Virus record (IMG/VR): IMGVR_UViG_3300013901_000005
Span: 32,001-96,000 of that record
DNA length: 64,000 nt
Reading direction: 5' to 3' (one strand)
DNA from: a virus
Lineage: Duplodnaviria > Caudoviricetes
This document shows positions 1 to 9,100 of this stretch, piece after piece; within the stretch, counting starts at the first letter, position 1, and every line of letters begins with the position of its first letter. The position numbers and the translations under genes were made by a program. The notes beneath the pieces were generated by a model that saw only the letters and a list, made by a program, of their open reading frames with translations, was not told the origin of the DNA and made no database searches.

Positions 1-2
1 AA

Positions 3-692
3 GACAAGCCCAATCTTATACTAGGTACAAATAACGGGAAATTACAATTTGATTATTATGATGACAACAGAAATCTTATATGGTCTCTTGGGTAGAATGG
101 GTTTGTACAGTATATAACATGGGGAAATCTTGATAGAAAGAAACAATTTATTATTTTGGATTTAAAAATTGGAAAGCTAAAATCAAACGAAGTTGGCATC
201 GAAAAAGGAGATCTTTTAGATTCTAGCTCTTTCTGGTATATAGATTCTCCAGGACAAGCCGGATCTGCAATACCTGGAACAGCTGTTACTTGTTATCAAT
301 ATGTAGCCCCAAACAATAAAGGAGCTATAATGGAGGATAAAAATCACAGCCTTTCTTCTGAGGAAGCTGCAGAATATAATTATAAATGGTTTTGTCTTAC
401 ATCTGGATCTACTTATAATGAAACTAATATCTCAACTTGGAATTTAAAAGACACACAAAATATATAGCTTGTTGGTTCTAATAGTTTAGGTACTTTAAAT
501 ATAAATAAAGCTGTTGTCGAAAGTGGGTCTATATGGCAATCTGTTTCCCCAATTTCAAATGATTATAATATTATAAATATCGGATCAACAGACATAAAAA
601 AAATAAATTCAAATCCAACAAGTTAGGATAATGCTCTAATAGATGCTGGAATTATATATTGTAATAGTGTTAGTCAGAATATAAAATCATAA
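3..692 (+). CDS. C-terminal part of a probable tail/fibre-type structural protein (5' truncated by the window)
   Basis: Frame is open from nt 3 to TAA 690-692 when three in-frame TAGs are read as Gln; contains track ORF 156..467. Function is a guess from position and composition. Confidence 0.55.
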
Positions 693-704
693 TAATTTAA
701 AAAA

Positions 705-986
705 ATGAAAAAGATAATTAAAATATTTTCTGATATGCAACATAATTTACCGCTTTGTTTATTGGTTAGTATCTTAATTTCATTTGTTTTTTCAAGATAT
801 TTTTATGGAATTACTGACCGGAAATTATTTAGCTGTTATTGCGGATTTACGATTTCAATATTTATAGGAATTATAATAAAAGAATATTTTATAGATAAAA
901 TTATTAAACGTGAATTAATAAACAAACAAAATATATATAATGATATTATAGGCTCGTTCATAGGGTCTCTAATGTGTTATTTATGA
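705..986 (+). CDS. small membrane protein (hypothetical)
   Basis: 93-aa ORF with 2-3 hydrophobic segments; ATGA overlap with the next gene. Confidence 0.7.
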   Translation: MKKIIKIFSDMQHNLPLCLLVSILISFVFSRYFYGITDRKLFSCYCGFTISIFIGIIIKEYFIDKIIKRELINKQNIYNDIIGSFIGSLMCYL

Positions 987-1306
987 ATAAGAAACAACAG
1001 GAGCTGGAGCGGATTACGAAAATAGTAATCGACTGTTGTGCGATGGAAATAGATGATGAAGGAAAGACAAATATTACAATAAAAGATGTGACTGGGAAGT
1101 CAAGAAAAACAAATTTGGTTATGACGAGATGTATTCTCGCAGCGAAGATTCTTTCTCACGGCTTTTCCATCGACACAATAGCAAATCTGCTCAATAGATC
1201 AGTTTCTGCTGTAAGGCATTTATTAAAACTGGGACACTGGTTTAAAAGAACCTCAAAAGCATATAATATAGCAAATAAGGAGGTTGAAGAAAAATGCGAA
1301 AAATAA
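983..1306 (+). CDS. HTH protein resembling the DnaA C-terminal/TrpR-like DNA-binding domain
   Basis: GKSRKTNLVMTRCILA...IANLLNRSVSAVRHLL pattern; ATG 983 overlaps the upstream stop. Confidence 0.6.
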   Translation: MNKKQQELERITKIVIDCCAMEIDDEGKTNITIKDVTGKSRKTNLVMTRCILAAKILSHGFSIDTIANLLNRSVSAVRHLLKLGHWFKRTSKAYNIANKEVEEKCEK

Positions 1307-1315
1307 AAACAAAAT

Positions 1316-1357
1316 AAAAAGGTGATAACTCTGTCAAAATAGGGTTGTCACCTTTTT
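1316..1357 (+). terminator. intrinsic terminator
   Basis: GGTGATAACTCTGT-caaa-ATAGGGTTGTCACC stem followed by a T run, with an A run on the 5' side. Confidence 0.8.
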
Positions 1358-1386
1358 CTGTTTATATATATTATTAATTAAATTTG
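1357..1386 (+). promoter_or_regulatory. possible Bacteroidota sigma-A type promoter
   Basis: TAAATTTG (-7 box, TAnnTTTG) at 1379-1386; imperfect -33 box (TCTG). Confidence 0.45.
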
Positions 1387-1435
1387 CAATAGATAGCTAT
1401 CAATAAAGTATTTATTAATTTAATTTTAATTTTGT

Positions 1436-2362
1436 ATGGACAGTAAAGTTTTTATGTTTCCAGAATCAAGCAACGGCAATTTGGCTTCAATGTTAGCACC
1501 GTTGCTTCAGTAGAGAGGTGTAGATCCAAATATGCTGCTCGCAATGAATAAAAATAACGGCTTCGGAGGAGAAGGCGGATGGTTCATGTGGGTTATTTTC
1601 CTTTTCTTCCTTATGGGATGGGGAGAAAATGGCTGGGGAGGCTTCGGTAGATAGAATGGTTTGGCTAATGAAATAAATAATGATTATGGTCGAGATTTAC
1701 TTATGCAAGCAATTAATGGTAATGGCAATTCTATTAATTCTCTGGCTACGAACCTCAACTGCTCAGTAGGATAGGTATAGGCAGCAATAAATAATGTTAT
1801 GGGCCAGATTTCCGGTGTTGGGAATCAATTGGGATTGACAGGACAGCAGGTTATAAATGCAATACAGCAAGGCAATACAAATATTGCACAGCAAATCTGT
1901 GACTGTTGCTGCAAGACAAATAATAATATAACAACACAAGGTTATGAAAGTAAATTGGCAATATGCCAGTAGACGCATAGTCTGAATGACACAGCAAATA
2001 CAAATGCAATTATGCTTAGAGATGCTGGCCAGGCCAATACAAATGCCATATTAGGCAAATTAGACCAGATGACCACACAAGCTTTATAGGATAAGATTGA
2101 TTCGCTTAGAGAGAAAAACAGTACACTTATGTCTACTTTGAGCAATGAGCATCAGACAGCATAGATACAGCAAAGTCAGGCACAGCAGTTAATACCAATA
2201 AATGCGGCATTAACGGATCTTAGTAGCAGACTTGCAAAGATAGAGTGTAATCAGCCGGAAGTTGCGAAGGTTCCATATACGCCGGCAATGGGAGGTTTTA
2301 TACCGGTTAATTATGGTGTAAATGCCGCAAGTCTAGCAACAGGTAATTGTGGCTGCGTATGA
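1436..2362 (+). CDS. 308-aa membrane-anchored Asn/Gln/Gly-rich coiled-coil protein with CDCCC motif (TAG=Gln)
   Basis: MDSKVFMFPE...GGWFMWVIFLFFLMGWG...QQICDCCCK...GNCGCV; open only with TAG read-through; ends in TGA. Confidence 0.8.
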
Positions 2363-2745
2363 TAGTTGGTATGTTTCCATATTGGTATTCACCAGTTATA
2401 ATCCCGTTTGGTTTTAGAAATAATATTAAAAGGCTAGATCAGAATGGTATTTTTGTAGTAGAAACGGATAGTGTTTCTCTGAATACTGGTTCTAGTGTAG
2501 ATTATGGAATAAAGGAATCCATTTATAATCAATTACCTTGTGAGTGTATTATATTATTAAAAATAAAATCAGCTGTTCCTACTGGCGGTGCGGCATTGCC
2601 AGTTACGATTGCCGGATCAAAACCAGTAGTTGATAGCCAGGGATCGAATATTACTGGAAAAGATATTGAGACAGAAACTGAGAGATTGGCTTATTTAAAT
2701 AAAAAGAGTGGTTTATTGCGTTTTATGGAATATACCGCAGCTTAA
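2359..2745 (+). CDS. hypothetical protein (cassette gene 2)
   Basis: ORF with ATGA overlap to the upstream stop; alternative start at 2371. Confidence 0.75.
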   Translation: MIVGMFPYWYSPVIIPFGFRNNIKRLDQNGIFVVETDSVSLNTGSSVDYGIKESIYNQLPCECIILLKIKSAVPTGGAALPVTIAGSKPVVDSQGSNITGKDIETETERLAYLNKKSGLLRFMEYTAA

Positions 2746-2756
2746 TTTATTAATTT

Positions 2757-3236
2757 ATGTTTTCAGCGCTTAGAAAGGGAAGTCAGGTATATGTATTGAC
2801 AAAAGACGGTATACCGGAATTGATAAAAGGAGTTATTGAATCAACGACATATCCGACATACAATACGAATTATTATAATGGGCAGACAATGGATATTAAT
2901 ATAAGAACTGACAATGATAATATGGAATTTAAGAATATAGTCCCTACACTTTCTGTAGTTGATTATAAAAATATTATATTGTCAGAAACGAAAGAATTAT
3001 TAATACCAGAAGTGGAGAATATGTTACAGAACAGCAAAAGTATTGTTGAAAATGTCGAATATCATAGAAATGTCGTATAGCAATGCGAAAAGATGTTAAA
3101 AGATTTAAGTCCTAAATATGCCAAAGAGATACAGCATGATGAGGATATAAATAATTTAAAGTCAGAAATGGGAGGGATAAAGTCAAAGATTGATACAATT
3201 ATACAAATGCTTTCTAAGTCTGGCAATAACAATTGA
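2757..3236 (+). CDS. hypothetical protein with C-terminal coiled coil (TAG=Gln)
   Basis: Track ORF 2757..3080 continues through TAG to TGA 3234-3236; 159 aa. Confidence 0.78.
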
Positions 3237-3241
3237 ATATT

Positions 3242-3412
3242 ATGAGAGGAATGATTGAAATTAAAGAGGATACATATGATGACACAATAGAACATCTGAA
3301 AAGAATTAAGACAATTGCTTGCAAATTAATGAAGGCATTGGAAGAACATTCTGATATTTATGATGACGAAGAGGATGGTCGTCGAAGAAGTAGGAATAGA
3401 TACGATTATTAA
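3242..3412 (+). CDS. small hypothetical protein (56 aa)
   Basis: MRGMIEIKEDTYDD...RRRSRNRYDY; lies between the previous stop and a terminator. Confidence 0.65.
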   Translation: MRGMIEIKEDTYDDTIEHLKRIKTIACKLMKALEEHSDIYDDEEDGRRRSRNRYDY

Positions 3413-3419
3413 TTGATAA

Positions 3420-3457
3420 GGCGGCAATATTAATTTATTGTCGCCGTTTTTATTTTT
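3420..3457 (+). terminator. intrinsic terminator
   Basis: GGCGGCAATA/TATTGTCGCC stem followed by a T-rich tail. Confidence 0.8.
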
Positions 3458-3462
3458 ATATT

Positions 3463-3822
3463 ATGGAGGATTTTACTGAATACGATATTAAGCCAAAAGG
3501 TTTTGTTAATTATTTAAGATATCATGGACATCATCTGAATAAAGAATTATGCGAGTACATTTGCAGATAGTAGTTTGATAACCAATATACAAAAGATGAT
3601 TATATGAATTTTTGTACAAATAATAACGCTATATGCGAAGAGAAAAATATTTATGATAAAGTTTATCTGTATAATTATTATCGACATTTAAATCTAGATG
3701 ACTAGATTATATTATAGATAATATGCGCAATATTGGAAAAAGAACCGAATATGATATTTAATAGGGTATTGGCAGATTCTGCAAAACTCGGAATATCAAT
3801 TGATTGGGAAGATTTTATATAA
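3463..3822 (+). CDS. hypothetical protein (119 aa, TAG=Gln)
   Basis: MEDFTEYDIKPKGFVNYLRYHGHH...GISIDWEDFI; four in-frame TAGs. Confidence 0.72.
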
Positions 3823-3831
3823 AAAAAATAT

Positions 3832-3862
3832 TTTGATTATTTAAAATAAATAATTAAATTTG
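3832..3862 (+). promoter_or_regulatory. Bacteroidota sigma-A type promoter
   Basis: TTTG-N19-TAAATTTG, an exact match to the -33/-7 consensus. Confidence 0.7.
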
Positions 3863-3864
3863 TG

Positions 3865-4195
3865 ATGATAGGATTCAAGACCCGGGAATCTCAATCGCCC
3901 TCATTCCGATGCAACGATCAAGGGGAGGGCCGGACTAGGGTAGTAGGTGCGCGGTTGAAATAATATCGAAACATAGCGCTGAGGTTCAAATCTAGCTGTC
4001 AAATTCATACATATAAACGAAAAGCAGTACGCCTGCGAGTCAAAGGTTGGGGGCACAAAGGTACTTTTAGGTTAGGAAATCTTATTTCCGAGACACCTTT
4101 TCGGGAAGTTGTATGATTAGGGGAATTAGCGATTTTTCCCCTGTAAAACTACTAGGGCGAATTATATCTATACTTTTTTAGTATAGATATATGTA
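3865..4195 (+). ncRNA. candidate structured non-coding RNA, family not recognised
   Basis: GC-enriched intergenic block between a promoter and a terminator, with several stems and no long ORF. Confidence 0.5.
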
Positions 4196-4202
4196 AAATA
4201 TT

Positions 4203-4249
4203 GACTATCAATTATTTACGTAAAAAATAGATAATTGATAGTCTTTTTT
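4203..4249 (+). terminator. intrinsic terminator
   Basis: GACTATCAATTATTTA/TAGATAATTGATAGTC 16-bp stem followed by T6. Confidence 0.7.
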
Positions 4250-4251
4250 AT

Positions 4252-4282
4252 TTTGATAATTAATAAAAAATAATTATATTTG
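4252..4282 (+). promoter_or_regulatory. Bacteroidota sigma-A type promoter
   Basis: TTTG-N19-TATATTTG, ending 4 nt before ATG 4287. Confidence 0.7.
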
Positions 4283-4286
4283 TAAT

Positions 4287-4754
4287 ATGGAATTACTTTT
4301 AAAACGTATTGCCAAAAAGAAAGAATATACAATTGGAAAGTTGTATATTGATAATAAGTATTTCTGTGATACACTTGAAGATACTGATAGAAATCTGAAA
4401 TAGTCAATGTCAGAAAGCGAGATTAAGAAAATAAAGATTCCTGGAAAAACAGCAATCCCTATCGGAATATATAGAATAAATATGAATGTTGTAAGTCCGA
4501 AGTTTGGAAGTAAGGCTTTTTACAAAGCTGTTTGTAATGGGAAAATTCCTAGATTAATGGAAGTCCCTGGATTTCAAGGAATTCTAATACACTCTGGAAA
4601 TGGCTCATCTGAAACTGACGGATGTTTACTCGTAGGAAAAAATAAAGTTATAGGGAAAGTATTAGAATCACAGAATACTTTTACAAGATTAGTACGGGAT
4701 TATTTAATCCCAGCCAATAAAAGAAACGAATCAATTAAAATAGCAATTCAATGA
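4287..4754 (+). CDS. DUF5675-family protein (putative cell-wall enzyme/endolysin; TAG=Gln)
   Basis: MELLLKRIAKKKEYTIGKLYIDNKYFCDTLED...TAIPIGIY...GILIHSGN...TDGCLLVG; one TAG at 4401. Confidence 0.8.
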
Positions 4755-5086
4755 ATTGGTTAAAAGAAAGTAATCGTACTGAGCATTTAAGATACGGTTA
4801 TATATTAGCCTGTTACCTTTCTGTAGTATTTACGGCAGGTTGTGCTGTAGGTATGGAATTTAAGGATTGGCAATATGGTGGTAAGTTTGACTGGCTGGAT
4901 ATTGCCGCTACTATTATCGGTGGTATTTTAGGTTAGGTTATTCAGTTAGGATGGATATTATTATTGTGTTTAACAATAAAATATAGTAGTGTATGGTATT
5001 GTATTGGATTATTCTTTTATTTATATGCAATATCCAATATAAACTATAGGCTATTTAAGAATGGACAGATAAAGAAAGAGAGATAA
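4751..5086 (+). CDS. multi-pass membrane protein, possible holin (TAG=Gln)
   Basis: Track ORF extends through TAG 4934 to TAA 5084-5086; several hydrophobic helices; adjacent to DUF5675. Confidence 0.65.
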
Positions 5087-5120
5087 GATTTAATATTATT
5101 TAATTAAATGTTTTATGTAA

Positions 5121-6143
5121 ATGGCAGAGAATTTAGTAGATGATATCGATGACGATTTGGATGGAGTCGAATCACCGTAGGATTCAAAGGATGACACAAC
5201 CACAACAACAGATACGACTCCGGAAGATAATTCTGGAGAACAAACAGATTTCATAAGTCAGTTGCTGAAAGATCGTGGAATTGAGGATAAGTCTCAGATT
5301 CAGTTTGAGGAAGACGGGGTTATAAAGAATGTTAATTGGGATGACCTTACGGATTAGGACAAACTGAATATTATCAGAACTTCCAGTCCAGTGCAAAAAA
5401 GCAATTCCGATGATCTCGATCAGGCGGAATTAAGTCTGATTAATCATATTAGGGAAAGTGGTATGTCGCCAAGTGAGTATATTGACTATGCTACCGCACA
5501 GGCGATAAGTAATTACCAGAATGATAATTCGGTACCACAGTATTCCATTGATCAGTATGATGATGATTCGTTGTATATCGCAGATTTTATGAGTCGTATA
5601 CAGGGATCTACAGAGGAAGAGGCTAGAGAGGCATTGGAACAAGCTAAAAGTAATGAGGACTTATGGAAAAGACAGATTGAGTCTATCAGAAATCAGTATA
5701 AGACGATTGAGGACGAGACACGTATGCAACAGCAATCAGAACAAGATGCAATAGCACAGGAACGTTTCAATCAGTTTTCTGATCAGGTAGTAAATGAGAT
5801 TAATGGACTGAAGACATATTCCGGATACGATCTGAATCTTCAGGATGATGACATGCAGGAGATTTATGATTTTATCACCAGTACGGATGCTGCCGGTAAC
5901 AACTATTTTGCAAAGGCATTGGCAGATCCGAAGATTTTGGTTAGAACAGCCTGGCTTACTCTTCATGGCGAGGATATGCTGGATGATATTACAGACTATT
6001 ATCAGAAAGCCATAACGAAGGCAAGACAGGAAGGATATGAGAAAGGTCTTAAAGATAACGGAAATAGAAAACCAGATGTAGTGTATCAGCCCAAGCACGC
6101 CGCCAAAGGAGCGGAAATTTATGATGACTTGGATGATTTTTAA
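5121..6143 (+). CDS. acidic protein upstream of the capsid gene, putative scaffold (crAssphage gene 77-like; TAG=Gln)
   Basis: 340 aa, very D/E-rich and helical; two N-terminal TAGs; directly precedes the MCP. Confidence 0.75.
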
Positions 6144-6168
6144 TCTAAACTAAATTTTTATAATTAAT

Positions 6169-9100
6169 ATGTTAGTTGCTAGTTTTACATCAAGAATCCC
6201 TACAATGGGTGAAGTTGTTTGCCCATTTAAAATTCTGTGGATTGCTGGGAACCCTCCGATATACTAACATATTTTATTTGGGTAATCAGCAGCCTAGTAT
6301 TTTTAAATAAAGGTTCAACGACTACTAAGCGCAGAATAATATAATGATATAGTCTGATCTTATAAAATGGTAAATTATAAGTTAACAAAATGCAAACTAA
6401 GACATATGAGGATTGGTCAAAGTATCTCGGTGCTCGTCCGAAGCGCCTGGGTGTTGTAGCCCGTATGTACACTGATAACACTTTGAGTTATCTTACCGAT
6501 GGTTTGCGTAATATTTTCTATAAGGATGAGAAGGCAAATACCTTCCAGATTTCTGATTCACTTCTTTTTGAGTGGCAGACAGAGGTAAATAATATTAAGC
6601 ATGTTGAGTTTGCTGACCGCCCGTCTACCGATGGCGCAAATGGTTCGGAAATCACAATGGCATTTGTCGAGAACTATTATAATAAGTTTGATATCTTCCG
6701 TATTGACGGAAGCCGTCAGCAGTGTATCGTAGTTTCTCATCCTATTCGCAAGCGTGATAAATATTTCCAATAATTGTCTCGCTTTAAATAAATTCTTTAA
6801 ATTGCTGGAAAGCATTTATTGTAACCAGCAGCGTGATTGTTGTAACAATAGCGTTCAACGACTAGATGAAAATCATAAATTAATTTTAAAAACTGAATTA
6901 CAAATGAAATATATAGTATTTTTAACAACCGGTCTGAAAACAAATAGAAATCTTGTAGGAGTGCATAAGACAAATACACCTGATATTTTTGATGGATATT
7001 TAGGAGATGGAGTTGAGGCAGACAAAGCCAGTTCATTTATGTATCCGAAATCAGCATTTCAGTATGACGTTAAGATGACCGGAAGTAAGAGTTACCGTAG
7101 AATAACCATTGCAACCTGCGATACATATAAGGAAGCCTGTGCTAAGGCAAATAAGATTATCGACAATATTATAGATGATACATCATATTATAATTTTGAA
7201 AGAATTGATTCCCGTACAGTATATCAGTATGATCTTGTTGGAAAGTTAAAGAGAAAATGGAATTTTATGGAAATTGCAGATTTCTATAATTATCCGCAGG
7301 AAAGAATTAAGTGCTTTATTGATTTAAAAGTATCTTTTTCCGATTCTTTTTGGTCTTTTGATAAGTATATTGATATTAATGAATATAATGATAATTTTAT
7401 AAATCATGTTACATATATTTATAATAAGAACGGGAAACTGATAAAGGTTTACAGCAATTATGATGATGCGATAAAGTTTTTAAATTGTCCGGTAAAACAG
7501 GCGCTGGATGCGATAAAGACACAGAGAGACATAAACGGATATTATATTTCCAATAAACTATACAGCCTTTTTGAACCGAAACCAAGGAGACAGAATAAGT
7601 CACAGATATTCCACGTTTATAAGGATACCGGGGAATATCTCGGAGCGTATAAAGGAAAGACCGTAATGAAGGTTATCAATCAACATTCATGGAAAAAGAT
7701 CTCGAATACTTTCAACCTATATGGTGGGTGGTATAAGGACTTTTATCTTTCACTGGTTACTGTGGATAAAATCCCAGAAAGGCCATGGAAAAAGAAGGTA
7801 GAGGTTTACGACAAGGATGGAAAGCTAATTGAGACTGTTTATAATCTAAATATACTTGGATCAAAATATAAAGTTCCTAAAAACAAAATTGTCGATATTC
7901 AGCAGGGAAATAAATATTATGGTGATTATATATTTAAATACTATAGTAAATGATATAGTCTAAATGAATTATTGGGAGCTCCAGGTACGTCTCATAGATA
8001 ATACCTATGATACTACCTTGGATCTCAATTATTGTAATCCGGGTGATACTACCACTTTCCAATCGGTAGCACAACCTGAATTAAGCGAGGAAGGCGAAGT
8101 AGTTGAAAATGAGTTACTTTCCTCCGTTAATATTAATATTTAACGAAAAATTAAATAAATATTCTTAATTGCTGGAAGGCTGAATTATGCTAATCAGCAG
8201 CGATTCTCTAAATAATAAACAAAGAGAACGTTCAACGACTAATCCAAATGGATGTAGGGGAGGTAACCCCGAAATGGAATAAATCTAAAATTTGAATACT
8301 GCGTCAAGGCAGGATATAAAAACGCAAAACAAGTCACCTTGGGCAAACGAAACGTTTGTAAAGGTTTTGTATTTAAATATTTAGATTAAGATATAGTCTG
8401 AACAATATGGAAACATATTGATTAACACAAATTGTACTCAAAGTTCCAGTCCAATATGGAACTTCATCGCAACTATATGACAACCTTCCGTTGTGACGCA
8501 AGCTGGTCTAGCCTCTACGCACTTCAGGAAGATGTATTTATGCGTATTGCTGACGATACGGATAAATCAAAGGGCGAAGGTGTTTACAAGATGTTGAAGA
8601 AGGAGAAGGAACTCCTCGATACATTTATGTACGCCATGAATACAGGGTTGAGAATAACAGCTCTGTCTAAATTCTTCTAATTGCTGGGAAAACCATTTAA
8701 TGGTTTATCAGCAGCTAAGATATTTAAATTAGTGGGAAACAATTTTTATATAATGTTCAACGACTATCCGAGTAAGGGTAGGTATTTAAAATACCAAAAT
8801 GGAGAATAATTTAAAATATATTGTATATCAAACAATAAATATAGTAAATAATAAAATATATATTGGAATCCACGGAACAAAAGATCCAATGAGATTTGAT
8901 GGATATATAGGAAATGGCGTTAATATAAATTATCCATCAACTTATATGAATCCAAAATTTCCATTTCAATTTGCAGTAAAAAAATATGGAACTTCAAATT
9001 TCAAAAGAAGTGTATTGTATATATATAATACAGAAATTGAAGCTCTTTTAAAAGAAGAGGAAATTGTAAATGAAGATTTTATAAAAAGGAACGACACATA

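Noticed and set aside
3975-4000. tRNA (possible amber suppressor) suggested by GGTTCAAATC
   Set aside because: No cloverleaf, acceptor stem or CTA anticodon arm could be built.
6754-6903. N-terminal extension of the intron 2 ORF in the track
   Set aside because: It runs through the ribozyme core; sibling ORFs start at MKYIV, i.e. ATG 6904.
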